A program made the translations under genes and the position numbers. Below, piece after piece: positions 49,062 through 58,515 of a stretch of 64,000 nucleotides of DNA. This stretch comes from an uncultured Verrucomicrobiae bacterium (GTDB lineage Bacteria; Verrucomicrobiota; Verrucomicrobiia; Limisphaerales; Palsa-1400): assembly GCA_963764165.1 (NCBI GenBank), contig CAVXRD010000003.1, positions 704,001-768,000 on the forward strand, given 5' to 3'. The notes beneath the pieces were generated by a model. That model ran no database searches. It worked only from the letters and a program-made list of their open reading frames with translations, and was not told the origin of the DNA. The stretch's first letter is position 1. Each line of letters starts with the position of its first letter.

Positions 49062-50202
49062 AGGCAGGCCAAACTCGTTTGAAGACGCCCACCAACCCGG
49101 CCCAATCCGGCGCGTCGGTGTGGAGCAATTGCTGCAATCGGCGCAAGAGGCGCGGCTTCGAGGTCACGTCCGTGTCCCACAGCAGGAGTGCCAGCGCGTT
49201 GAAAAGGCGCTCTCGCGGATAGCGGAATGAGGACGCTTCCGGAAACGCCTTAAATCCGAACGTCCGAACACTCAAAAGGAAGTTTCGCCACGCGGAAGTC
49301 TCCGGGCACTTTTCGACGGTGCTCAGGGCGTAATCGGAGATGGTTTCAAAGCTCTGCTTCAATCGGCGGCTCTCCAGCCACAGCCAAAGCCTCTGCGCCA
49401 GCGCCGTCAATTGCCTATGTTCCACTTCAAATTCCTCAACTGATTTGCTGGAAATCTTGGGATGCAGCTTGAATGCCATTCCGGCGACATGGTGCGCCCG
49501 GATTTCCGGCATCCACGGATTCAACTCTCCCGCATCCAACACCGCCAGCCGCCGGTTGCGCTCGCAGACGCTCCAATGATATTCGCCGAAAACGGTCAAG
49601 ACGGCGTCGCCCAGCGCGAGTTGCAACTTGGCGATATTGCGGCCGATAAAATCCGCCTCTTCCCGCGTCAATCGCCGCTTGTCCAACAGTTCTCGCGCCA
49701 TCAGTAGACCTGAGCAGCGATTGAACATTAGGCGGGTGGCTTCCGATAAAGGAATGGCCGGGGCGCGCAAATGGTGGCCGCAATCATTCAGGATTCCTTC
49801 ATTCCCAAAAATAACGCGATGCCCCGCCACCAGATCGTAGCTGAACATCGTCACCGCGCTGTCCCTCCACCTGTCAATAACATCTATTTTGAACTCAACC
49901 GCCATGCCCGCATCCACCGAAAGGCGCTCGCCCAGCTCGTGCAGTTTCCCTCGATACCGGCGGTCATTCAGCACACGATTGCCGCGCAGGAAAACATAGA
50001 ATTCGAAATCGTTGTACGGTTTGTCAGCAGCCGCTTCGCGCAAAACGCCGCCTTCGCCGCGGCCGTAGCCGCCGCCCAGCACAATGGCGTCGATTTCTTT
50101 GGCCGGAATCGCCGCCGTCACACCTTCGCGAACTTGCTCGCAAAGCTGCTCCAACCGCGTTTCCAGTTCGGCGCTTCCGTCAACTGTGAACCGTTTGATC
50201 AT
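49054..50202 (-). CDS. Nucleotidyltransferase-like protein (Pol-beta-type motif plus helical domain)
   Basis: IVLGGGYGRGEG..PYNDFEFYV; overlaps both neighbours. Confidence 0.7.
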   Translation of the reverse strand: MIKRFTVDGSAELETRLEQLCEQVREGVTAAIPAKEIDAIVLGGGYGRGEGGVLREAAADKPYNDFEFYVFLRGNRVLNDRRYRGKLHELGERLSVDAGMAVEFKIDVIDRWRDSAVTMFSYDLVAGHRVIFGNEGILNDCGHHLRAPAIPLSEATRLMFNRCSGLLMARELLDKRRLTREEADFIGRNIAKLQLALGDAVLTVFGEYHWSVCERNRRLAVLDAGELNPWMPEIRAHHVAGMAFKLHPKISSKSVEEFEVEHRQLTALAQRLWLWLESRRLKQSFETISDYALSTVEKCPETSAWRNFLLSVRTFGFKAFPEASSFRYPRERLFNALALLLWDTDVTSKPRLLRRLQQLLHTDAPDWAGLVGVFKRVWPAYG

Positions 50203-51064
50203 TTCGATAAAATTTCCATCCTTCGCGAAAACCCTCCAATTTGGCGCGCCGCTGCTGCCAGCGAATTTGCGCGGCGTGCGGCAATTCCTTCAGGCGGCCT
50301 TCGCGCGCGCAGAATTGAAAATCGCGGCGGAGATCGTTCATCCAGCCGAGCATCACCGTGCGCGGCCAATTGACTTCCGAGACCGGGCGCTGCCACACCG
50401 CAGCGAGCGCCTTCGCCTCGCCAAAGGACCGTTTGTAAGCCTGCGCGGGAGTGTAATTATGCGAGTGCATGACCACCGACTCCGGGCAGTAAACCACTTT
50501 GTATCCTTGGGCGCGGCACCAGCGAGTATACTCGTCGTCTTCCGAATATTGCATCGACTCCAGGAAACCGCGCTTGGACCAGATGTCCTTGCGCAATCCG
50601 CTGCTGACCATGCTGAAAAAATGATCCCATTGCGCGGAATCCCGGCTTTCGCCAAAACACCGAACGTAATCGTGGGCAAACACCGCCTGGCAATCCGGCC
50701 GCGGAATCTGCCGCCCAAATACGGCGGCCGTTTTCTCGTCCTGCAATGCGTTCACCAGCGGCCGCAGCCAGTTCCGCCCCTGTGGTGTCGCGTCGGCGTT
50801 CACAAAAATTGCGAATTCCGAACTGGCAAGCTTCATTCCCAAATTCATCACGCGCGACGGATTATATTCGTGCGGCCGAATTTGGATGAAGTGACTTGGC
50901 CCGGCGTCCTGAATCAAATCCACCGAGCCGTCCGTGGAGCCGGAATCAATCACAATCAGCTCCCAATTCTTCCAATCCTGATTTTTCAACGCAGGCAGCG
51001 TCTGGCGAAGAGCCCACCCTTCGTTAAACGAACGCATAATGATACTGATCAATGGATCACTCAT
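50180..51064 (-). CDS. Glycosyltransferase family 2
   Basis: ISIIMRSFNE, IDSGSTDGS, FVNADA, SEDDEY, VMHSH. Confidence 0.95.
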   Translation of the reverse strand: MSDPLISIIMRSFNEGWALRQTLPALKNQDWKNWELIVIDSGSTDGSVDLIQDAGPSHFIQIRPHEYNPSRVMNLGMKLASSEFAIFVNADATPQGRNWLRPLVNALQDEKTAAVFGRQIPRPDCQAVFAHDYVRCFGESRDSAQWDHFFSMVSSGLRKDIWSKRGFLESMQYSEDDEYTRWCRAQGYKVVYCPESVVMHSHNYTPAQAYKRSFGEAKALAAVWQRPVSEVNWPRTVMLGWMNDLRRDFQFCAREGRLKELPHAAQIRWQQRRAKLEGFREGWKFYRNDQTVHS

Positions 51065-51214
51065 CTCAGCGACAAGAGTGCCGGAAATTTAGTTTCGGCG
51101 TATGGGTGAATACCCCACTCCGCCCCGTCCTCCATCTTTTCACAATCTCACCGATAATGGGCGGTAATCGAGGTCCGCGTGATTCCGCAGGGCCCAAATG
51201 CGGTTTATTCGGGG

Positions 51215-51252
51215 AAAAAACCAAGGGTGCAATAGGGTGAAATAGGATGCAA
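51215..51252 (-). promoter_or_regulatory. 10-bp-period tandem motif, second copy, upstream of the GT2 operon
   Basis: Minus strand TTGCATCCTA TTTCACCCTA TTGCACCCTT GGTTTTTT. Confidence 0.5.
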
Positions 51253-51318
51253 TGCCCTGGCCCTGGATCGGGTAGGAATGAAGGGATGGAGAGGCGCAGG
51301 TAAGATTGCCGCCGGTCC

Positions 51319-51550
51319 GCTTTGAGCGGAGCGCGGCTGTGTCGAAGACCAGCCGCAGCAACTCTCAAACAACTGACAGCGATTCTTGTTGCGGCCACCT
51401 CCAAAAAACAGATTAAAACTTCGGAACTGCGACTGGCGAGCCTGGAGATCTTTCCAACGCGCCACTCGTTTCGACGCGGCTGCGGCTGGTCTTCGACACA
51501 GCCGCGCTCCGCTGTCGGCCTGCGTCCACCACGCGTTTTCAATCACACCC
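51319..51550. repeat. REP/MITE-like element, copy 3
   Basis: Same 30-bp IR pair and homologous core (AAAACTTCGGAACTGCG) as copy 1; ends TTTTCAATCACACCC. Confidence 0.85.
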
Positions 51551-51697
51551 CTCGAATCAGAGACCGATTGCCTCGTCTCGCGCCTTTCAAAATGTCAAAG
51601 AACCCGCCCTGACGGGCACAGGGAGAAAAATAAGCTCAAAAATCTTTTTTGTCAATTATGCTTGCAGTTACACTGTTTCGTGGTATTTAGTGAGCGT

Positions 51698-52712
51698 ATG
51701 ACAACCGTATCATCGATTGTTCAGCCGGGGCCGGTGGCGAAAACAGCGCCGGGCCAGGAGTGCTGCGGGCCGACCGGCCGCGCCCGCACCAGCAAGATCG
51801 CGCGTCTGCCCGCCGATATCCGGGCTGAATTGAACGAGCGGCTTCTGGAAGCGGAGCCGCCTGCCGCCATTCTGGAATGGCTCAACGGCCTCCCGGAGGT
51901 GCAGCGCGTGCTGGCGCAATCTTTTGACTCCCAGCCCATCACGGAAGTCAACCTCTCGCGCTGGCGCCAGGGCGGTTACGCCGGGTGGCTGGAGCAGCGG
52001 AACACGCAGGAGGCGGTGGAAGCCGTGGCGACGGCCGCCGCCGGGGTGGAAGGTCCGGCGGCGGAAAATCTCAACCGGCATCTGGCGGTCGTGCTGAGCG
52101 CGCGGCTGTTCGTGGAGATGCAGCGCTGCGGGGCCATGCCCGACGGGCCGGACAAGACGGCGTCGCTGCACCAATTGGTGGTGTCTGTACGCCCTGTTGC
52201 GCCGAGCGGAGTATTATGGCGAGAAGGTGCGGCTCGACCGGGAGAAGCTGAAAATGCTGGAGGAGCGCCTGCGGCAAGAGGCGGAAAAAAACCGCAAGCG
52301 CTCGCCCGAGGAACAGGAGGACCGCATCAATAAAATCCTGGGCACAGGCCGCTTCGCCGCCAACTGGAACAACGACCTAAGACGATGGGAAGGGCCGGGA
52401 GCGGCGATGCGGTATGAGGAGGAGGAAGTCACGCTCCAGGTGCGGACGGAAATGAAGCGGCGCTATCCCAATGGTTTCCCGGAAGGCTACCGCCCTCCCT
52501 ACGGCGACCCATTGCCCGTTTATCCTAAGCCTGTTGACACCCCAAAGAGTGTCAATCATTCAGAGCAGAAGCCCAGTGTTCCAGCGCGCAGCGATGACGA
52601 TAGCCCGCCCAGCAATCCCAACGGGAGAATGGCGAGAAAAGGTAGCGGACACAACACAGGCCACCATGGGTGGATGTTGGGCGACAATCGACAAATGAAC
52701 AAATTGCCATGA
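51698..52712 (+). pseudogene. DUF3486/Mu gp27-like protein with one frameshift near 52180
   Basis: RTSKIARLPADIRAELNERL..WLNGLPEV..NLSRWRQGGY; continues in another frame as LYALLRRAEYYGEK..coiled coil. Confidence 0.6.
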
Positions 52713-53024
52713 CGACGCTTATGCGCGAGGGCAATGCGGCTTTTACGGCCCCGGCGCGAGCGGCGGAAATGGCAGCGGATGAAGACTGATTCCCATTTCC
52801 GAATACAAAAGTGCCAAAAGTGAGGACTGACGTAGGCATGACGTATGCACAGGTTCTTAATGACTACCGAAGGGCTGGTTCGGGAGTGAAAATCGGCGCC
52901 GAGTGCGCGCATTCCCGGAAAAAGCGTTTTGGCACAACGATTTAACTTGCGGATCCGGGTGGGGGGAAATAGAAAATCATTAAATGGAAATGCCAGTCAA
53001 ACCAATAACGAATTGAGCGTTCTT

Positions 53025-54797
53025 ATGAAATCCACAAAACAATCCCCAAGCGTATTGCTAACACTCAATAGAATTCTCCCCGCCCTAACGGGAGGATTGT
53101 TACTTTTCTCGGGCACTGCCCTGCGCGCTCAGACAAACTCCATTCTGGACCTCGGCACTTTGGGAGGGGCCAGCAGCTCGCCGAACGGAATAAACAACAA
53201 CGGTCAGGTTTGTGGCTCAGCATATACCACTAATGGGGAACAGCACGCTTTCCTCTACACCAACGGAACCATGATAGATTTGGGCACGTTGGGAGGCTCC
53301 TTCGCCAGCGGGTCAGCAATAAACAACAGCGGGCAAGTTGCCGGCGAATCATATACGCCCGGTAATTCATCCTCCTCTACGCATGCTTTCCTCTACACAT
53401 CTGGAGCCTTGCAAGATTTGGGCACTTTGGGCGGATCCTACAGCGAGGCGGACGCAATGAACGACAGCGGCTGGGTTGTCGGCGCTTCATATACGGCTGG
53501 TAATGCTCTAAATCCTTTCCTCTACACCAATGGAGTCATGTATGACTTGGGTACATTGGGAGGAGACTGGGGCGCGGCGAGCGGCGTAAACAACAAGGGT
53601 CAGGTTAGTGGCGTAGCATATACCGCTAATGTGGAAGAGCACGCTTTCCTCTACACCTCTGGAGCCATGCTAGATTTGGGCACTTTGGGAGGGTCGGTTA
53701 GCTATGCGAACGGAATAAACAACAACGGTCAAGTTACTGGCGGTTCATATACCGCCAGTGGGGCTACCCATGCTTTCCTCTACACCTCTGGAGCCATGCA
53801 AGATTTGGGCACTTTGGGGGGGGACACCAGCTTTGCGGAAGGAATAAACGACAACGGCCAGGTTGTCGGCTGGTCTGACACCTCTGATGGCACACAGGAT
53901 GCTTTCCTCTACATCAATGGCGTGATGATCGACCTCAATAATCTGCTTCCGGCAAATTCCGGTTGGACTCTCGAAAATGCTGTGGCTATCAACGATTTGG
54001 GGCAAATCGTCGGACAGGGTTATAATGCGGCCACCGGCCAAGACGATGCATTTTTGCTCAACATCTACTCGCCGCTCTCCGTAACTGCCCAACCGCAATC
54101 GTTGGAGGTCAATGCTTTCACCACCGCATCATTTTCCGTGACTGCAACCGGCACGCCACCTCTGGGCTACCAATGGTCGGTGAACGGCACAAACATCCCG
54201 GGGGCTACTTCCAGCACTTTGACGGTTTCAAATGTGGTGCAAACAAATTTAGGAACGTATTCCGTATTAGTCACCAGCGCTTCCGGCTCGACCAACAGTT
54301 CTAATGCAACGCTCTCGATGTATCCTTACTTGATCGCTCCATTTGCCGGGGTCGATACGTATTGGGGCCAAACAAACACCTTGAGCGTAGGTGCCTGGGG
54401 AACGGGGCCGTTGAGTTACCAATGGTTTGACAACGGGAACGCCATCGACAGTGCTACGAATTCTACTTTGACGCTGTCCAACATTCAATTCACAAATGCC
54501 GGACTTTATTCAGTAGTCGTGTCAAGCGCGTTGGGCAGCGTCACAAATACCCCGAATCAGGTCATTGTGAACCCGGCCAATGTCGGAGTTCAACTCTGCC
54601 CGAATGTCGTGATTCAGGGGACCGTCGGCTACAATTTCATCATTCAGAGCACGACTAATCTAGCCGACACGAATTCATGGATAACTCAAGCCAACCTGAC
54701 TCTAACTCAACCAGTGCAGTTCTGGGATGACACCAATACAGACGTCAACCAGCCAAGCAATCCACGGAAGTTTTATCGGGTGTTGCCTGGACAATAA
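53025..54797 (+). CDS. Secreted HAF-repeat (extracellular beta-propeller) protein with Ig domains
   Basis: Six to seven ~44-aa repeats DLGTLGG..INNxGQV..HAFLY; two Ig-like YQW domains; tail PRKFYRVLPGQ. Confidence 0.92.
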   Translation: MKSTKQSPSVLLTLNRILPALTGGLLLFSGTALRAQTNSILDLGTLGGASSSPNGINNNGQVCGSAYTTNGEQHAFLYTNGTMIDLGTLGGSFASGSAINNSGQVAGESYTPGNSSSSTHAFLYTSGALQDLGTLGGSYSEADAMNDSGWVVGASYTAGNALNPFLYTNGVMYDLGTLGGDWGAASGVNNKGQVSGVAYTANVEEHAFLYTSGAMLDLGTLGGSVSYANGINNNGQVTGGSYTASGATHAFLYTSGAMQDLGTLGGDTSFAEGINDNGQVVGWSDTSDGTQDAFLYINGVMIDLNNLLPANSGWTLENAVAINDLGQIVGQGYNAATGQDDAFLLNIYSPLSVTAQPQSLEVNAFTTASFSVTATGTPPLGYQWSVNGTNIPGATSSTLTVSNVVQTNLGTYSVLVTSASGSTNSSNATLSMYPYLIAPFAGVDTYWGQTNTLSVGAWGTGPLSYQWFDNGNAIDSATNSTLTLSNIQFTNAGLYSVVVSSALGSVTNTPNQVIVNPANVGVQLCPNVVIQGTVGYNFIIQSTTNLADTNSWITQANLTLTQPVQFWDDTNTDVNQPSNPRKFYRVLPGQ

Positions 54798-54840
54798 AGA
54801 CCTATCGCGGAAATCAAAGCGGCAGATACTTGTGTCCTCG

Positions 54841-54886
54841 CTTTTTGCGCTAGATGAGACCGGCTGGAATTTCGGCGGCTCTAAGA
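54841..54886 (+). repeat. ~45-bp direct repeat, left copy
   Basis: CTTTTTGCGCTAGATGAGACCGGCTGGAATTTCGGCGGCTC matches 55966-56011. Confidence 0.8.
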
Positions 54887-55044
54887 GGGGCTACCGCCTT
54901 CGCTGTCGCTTCGGCGCTACAAGTCCGCCTTGGCCGAGGCTTCGGCGCGACAAGTCCGGATAGGCGTTTTTCGAGCTTTGGGCGGGGCGAAGTCGAAAGC
55001 ATTGTCCGTCGCCCGGTGCCGAGATGCGGTAGGCATGAACGGAT

Positions 55045-55273
55045 ATGGATTACCGTAAGTTCATCACCATTGAGGCTGGCAAGCGCGGCGGGCGTCCGTG
55101 CATTCGGAGGACGCGGATCGCCGTGGCCGACGCGCTTGGCTGGCTGGCTGCCTGCGGGGATGACGCACGCTGAAATCATTGGCGACTTTCCTGAATTGAC
55201 GCAGAAAGACGTTCGGGCTTGCCCCGAGTACGCCGCTGAACGTGAACGCCGCCTCGTCACTGTGGCCGAATGA
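55045..55273 (+). pseudogene. DUF433 antitoxin, frameshifted by a 4-bp CTGC duplication
   Basis: MDYRKFITIEAGKRGGRPCIRRTRIAV..LGWLAA / GMTHAEIIGDFPELT. Confidence 0.8.
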
Positions 55274-55431
55274 AGCTGCTCTTATACCAGAACTTGAGTT
55301 TCAAATTGGCGAAGAAGCTGGGGGATGTATTTCCAGGGTCGGAGCAAGTAAGATTGGTCGGGATGCATGAAGCCGAAGACGACCGTTCCCGGCCTGTTCG
55401 CGGGCTTGCAAACAGGTGCGGGCCGCTTTAA
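55270..55431 (+). pseudogene. Truncated DUF5615 (PIN-like) toxin
   Basis: MKLLLYQNLSFKL (Tyr at the usual catalytic Asp), only 53 codons; ATGA-coupled to DUF433. Confidence 0.7.
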
Positions 55432-55440
55432 TTCTTTTCC

Positions 55441-55638
55441 ATGAGTGCTGAGGAATTGGAGTCGGAAGTGACACGGCTGTCGAAACCGGAATTGGCTGCT
55501 TCTTCTCGATGGTTCGAGGAATTCGCCGCGGACTTATGGGATAAGCAGATCGAAACGGACATCGCTTCTGGCAAGCTCGATCACCTCGCGAGGCAGGCCG
55601 ATGAGCATTTTGATGCAGGCCGCTGCACTCCCCTTTGA
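55441..55638 (+). CDS. Putative antitoxin
   Basis: WDKQIETDIASGKLDHLARQA..AGRCTPL; overlaps the toxin start. Confidence 0.75.
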   Translation: MSAEELESEVTRLSKPELAASSRWFEEFAADLWDKQIETDIASGKLDHLARQADEHFDAGRCTPL

Positions 55639-55892
55639 ACCACTTTGCCACTCCTGAGTATTTGTTTCATTAACGCCGGCTGGCGCCGGACCTTCGCGAA
55701 TTGGCCGACGCAAAATTCCAGTTGCTGAAATCAGACCCACGCCATCCATCGCTCCGGTTCAAGAAAACTGGCATCCTTTGGTCCGTTCGGATTGGAGTGC
55801 GACATCGCGCGTTAGCCAGAGAACGAAAGGAAGGCTTTGTTTGGTTCTGGATAGGCAGGCATGACGCTTACGAGCAGATTCTGAAAAGATGA
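55635..55892 (+). pseudogene. RelE/ParE-like toxin with an in-frame nonsense codon
   Basis: TTG start, TAA at 55671-55673, then ADAKFQLLKSDPRHPSLRFKK..WSVRIG..WFWIGRH. Confidence 0.75.
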
Positions 55893-55965
55893 AGCCCTTC
55901 GCCAGCCTCCTAGAAATCTGGCGCTGCCATTTGATGCTGATGGCCATGCGCCGGTGTCACCCTAA

Positions 55966-56011
55966 CTTTTTGCACTAAAAGAGACCGGCTGGAATTTCGG
56001 TGGCTCCGAGA
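55966..56011 (+). repeat. ~45-bp direct repeat, right copy
   Basis: CTTTTTGCACTAAAAGAGACCGGCTGGAATTTCGGTGGCTC. Confidence 0.8.
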
Positions 56012-56017
56012 CGAGTT

Positions 56018-56320
56018 CCCGCCTTCGCGGAAGGCTTCCCCCTTCGCTAAAGCTTCCTCACTTCGCTAAAGCTATGGAGGACGAGACGGACGACAGGAGG
56101 CTTCCGCCTTCGCGCTTTGGCGTGATCGAGCAGGAAACTTCACGCCGTGGGCGCGGACCTGCCTGCCCAAAAGGGGCTAAAGACCGACGGCAAGCGATTG
56201 AGGAGAACTGGCCCTCAACACAACATCCCGGGCGTCGCGGGGGTCGCTCCTACGGAGCTTGGAACATTTTTGTGGCGGGTTTCTACAACGATGCCGCGCC
56301 TGCGGCGCTTCGGCGGCGGC
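56018..56320. repeat. Cluster of short REP-like palindromes
   Basis: Repeated CCTTCGCTAAAGCTT / CGCCTTCGC units (also at 54894-54955) and GCTCCTACGGAGC / GCGCCTGCGGCGC hairpins. Confidence 0.6.
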
Positions 56321-56355
56321 CAGGCCTTCCTGTCGCCTCAAGTCGCTGAACCCGT

Positions 56356-57579
56356 TTATGAAATTGCCGCTGCCTGATAACGGTCTGACCGGGCAGAGCC
56401 GCCCGTCGTGGGTCGGCCGGAATTGGCCGCCTTCGCAAGATCGGCGTCGCGGGTCATCAATCGGAAAACATCGGGAATCGCAGTAACGCCGTCCGGGATG
56501 GTCGGCTGGTTGGTGCAAAGGGAAGCGTAGCTGTGGGCGTCCGTTGGGTGGTAACCGTGCATGCCGCGAATGGGCCTGGCGCCCATGTGGCTCGGGACAA
56601 TCAGAACCCCTTCCTTGGCCAGGAAAACCAATTCGCCGAAATAACGGTCTTTGAAGAGAGTGCCCATTTTCTCCAGTTCTTCATCCGGCACGATGCGCCC
56701 AAGCTCAACCTTTTGCAGGGCGCTCGTCACCAGCCAGCGGGCGCGGTCGTTGAAGAACCAGAATCGCGCCATTGTGGAATCGTAGACCACGGCATAGTCA
56801 TTCGGCACACGCAGTTGCAGTGCGTCGATTTCTTTCTTGAGATCCAGGATGGTATCGCAATTGGCCATGCCGTGATCGCTAAATACGTAAAGACGCACTT
56901 CTTCGTAATGCCCTTTGGCCGCCGCCAGAAGCTGCCCGATCCATTCCTCGTAGACGCGGAGCTTCACGGGAATTTCCGGGGATTTATTTCCCAGCATGTG
57001 AAGCATCCCGTCGAGGCCCGGCCAGTATTGAAAAGCAAAATCGATGCGCTCGGATTTTATTTCGCTCACCAAGGCGCTGAGGTTGACATGTTCGTCCAGC
57101 GTCGGATCGCTGACGAAATATGGGATTTCCCGCTCCACCAAATAATCGAAAATATTCGGCCCGCGATTGAGCCCCTTGGGCTGGAGGGGATTTTTGGTCT
57201 CGCTGAAGTTGTAGAGGGAGATTTGGTTGAACGGGATGTTGTAGAGATCGAAGTATCCGCGAAAACTGAGCCGGTTCTTGATAAATTTGGAAAGATACCG
57301 GCGGAAAATTCGGCGGCTGGTCAGGGCGGTGGGCAGCCATTGCAGGGGCTTGAGGGACCTGAAGGGAGAGCGTTCCGGCTCGTAAACAAAATAGTTCCAA
57401 TTGCGATGCTCCACGGGCCAGCGGCCTGACAAGATGGAAGGCACGCAGGCCGAGCTGTAGCCGAAAACCGAGGTCAGGCGCCGGCGGTTCGGCGCCATCT
57501 TGTTCATGAACGGATCGCTCTTGATGATCTCCCAGCCGCAGGCGTCAATAAAAACAAATAGAGGCAGAACTGGCTTCAC
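56356..57579 (-). CDS. Alkaline-phosphatase superfamily (nucleotide pyrophosphatase/phosphodiesterase-like) protein
   Basis: FVFIDACGW, GYSSAC, LDGMLH, FSDHGM, GMHGYHP. Confidence 0.9.
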   Translation of the reverse strand: MKPVLPLFVFIDACGWEIIKSDPFMNKMAPNRRRLTSVFGYSSACVPSILSGRWPVEHRNWNYFVYEPERSPFRSLKPLQWLPTALTSRRIFRRYLSKFIKNRLSFRGYFDLYNIPFNQISLYNFSETKNPLQPKGLNRGPNIFDYLVEREIPYFVSDPTLDEHVNLSALVSEIKSERIDFAFQYWPGLDGMLHMLGNKSPEIPVKLRVYEEWIGQLLAAAKGHYEEVRLYVFSDHGMANCDTILDLKKEIDALQLRVPNDYAVVYDSTMARFWFFNDRARWLVTSALQKVELGRIVPDEELEKMGTLFKDRYFGELVFLAKEGVLIVPSHMGARPIRGMHGYHPTDAHSYASLCTNQPTIPDGVTAIPDVFRLMTRDADLAKAANSGRPTTGGSARSDRYQAAAIS

Positions 57580-57764
57580 GCTCTGCCCTCCGCGGCGCGA
57601 GCGGACCTCAGCATCTGCGAAGAACGGACTTTTCGGCCGGAGCGGGCCGGCAGCCTGGCAATCGACCCTCTCTCAATCGGGACAACTCTCGGTTTGAGGT
57701 CACCCGGCGCGAAGGCAACGGGAATGAAGGTCACGGGCGCGCGTCTTGTGATTAGGTTCAACAT
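57576..57764 (-). CDS. Small basic protein (62 aa) coupled to the phosphodiesterase
   Basis: SD GAAAGGA just before ATG 57764; GTGA stop/start overlap with the next gene. Confidence 0.5.
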   Translation of the reverse strand: MLNLITRRAPVTFIPVAFAPGDLKPRVVPIERGSIARLPARSGRKVRSSQMLRSARAAEGRA

Positions 57765-57984
57765 AGCGGTCCTTTCTGCTGGCCGGGGTAATCCGGCGTG
57801 TTCGTTGCTGCTGCTCCCATGGGCTGGCAAACCTGGGAGAAAAAAATGTGGATGTTCAAGCGCCCGCCGGCCTCATTTCCGGCCGCTTGAATCTCATCAA
57901 TGATGGAACCACAGTTCATACATTTACCGTTAAGGCATTTGACTCGAAATACCAATGGGGTGCCCGCCCCGAAAACCGGACCGT

Positions 57985-58449
57985 TCACCGGCAAGCTGAA
58001 GGCGCTGACAACCACCGTTTGCAAAGTTCCCGCATCAGTTTGGCCAGTTGCAAAAACCCGTGCGGCTTGACGATGTATTCCCGCGCGCCCATCGATTTGG
58101 CTCTCGTGATGTCCGTTTCGTGGGACGACGACGAAAGCACCACCAGCGGCAGCTCGCGCAGGGCCGCATTCTTCGACCACCAGTCAAGCACATCGAATCC
58201 GTTGAGCCGCGGCATTTTCAAATCGAGCAAGACGAGCGACGGCATCGGAAACTTCGCGCGGTCTGAAAACGGCGCCGTTCCCGACAAGTAATCAATCGCC
58301 TCCTGGCCATCGCGGACAATTGTCAGCGGGTGCAAAATCTCCGCCTTGCGAAACGCCAGGCGCAGAAGAGTGGCGTCCCCATCGTCGTCCTCCGCGGCGA
58401 GGACCGTTTTGACGGGAATCGCGCTCGGCTTGGCCTTGCTCACGGGCAC
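57985..58449 (-). CDS. Single-domain response regulator (Rcp1-like)
   Basis: VLAAEDD, LLDLKMP, VVLSSS, YIVKP. Confidence 0.93.
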   Translation of the reverse strand: MPVSKAKPSAIPVKTVLAAEDDDGDATLLRLAFRKAEILHPLTIVRDGQEAIDYLSGTAPFSDRAKFPMPSLVLLDLKMPRLNGFDVLDWWSKNAALRELPLVVLSSSSHETDITRAKSMGAREYIVKPHGFLQLAKLMRELCKRWLSAPSACR

Positions 58450-58515
58450 AGGGTCTTGGGTTGAACCGCGATTCTACATAGGGTGTTTACCCTAAATGGC
58501 GGAGTCGCGGCGGAA

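Noticed and set aside
38197..51550. Prophage
   Set aside because: Only one possibly phage-related gene nearby; no structural, terminase-large or integrase genes
53140..54060. Regularly spaced ~132-bp repeats resembling a CRISPR array
   Set aside because: They are in-frame HAF protein repeats with homologous intervening sequence, and no cas genes are present
54841..56320. Integron attC array or autonomous IS
   Set aside because: No integrase or transposase ORF and no convincing RYYYAAC/GTTRRRY paired sites
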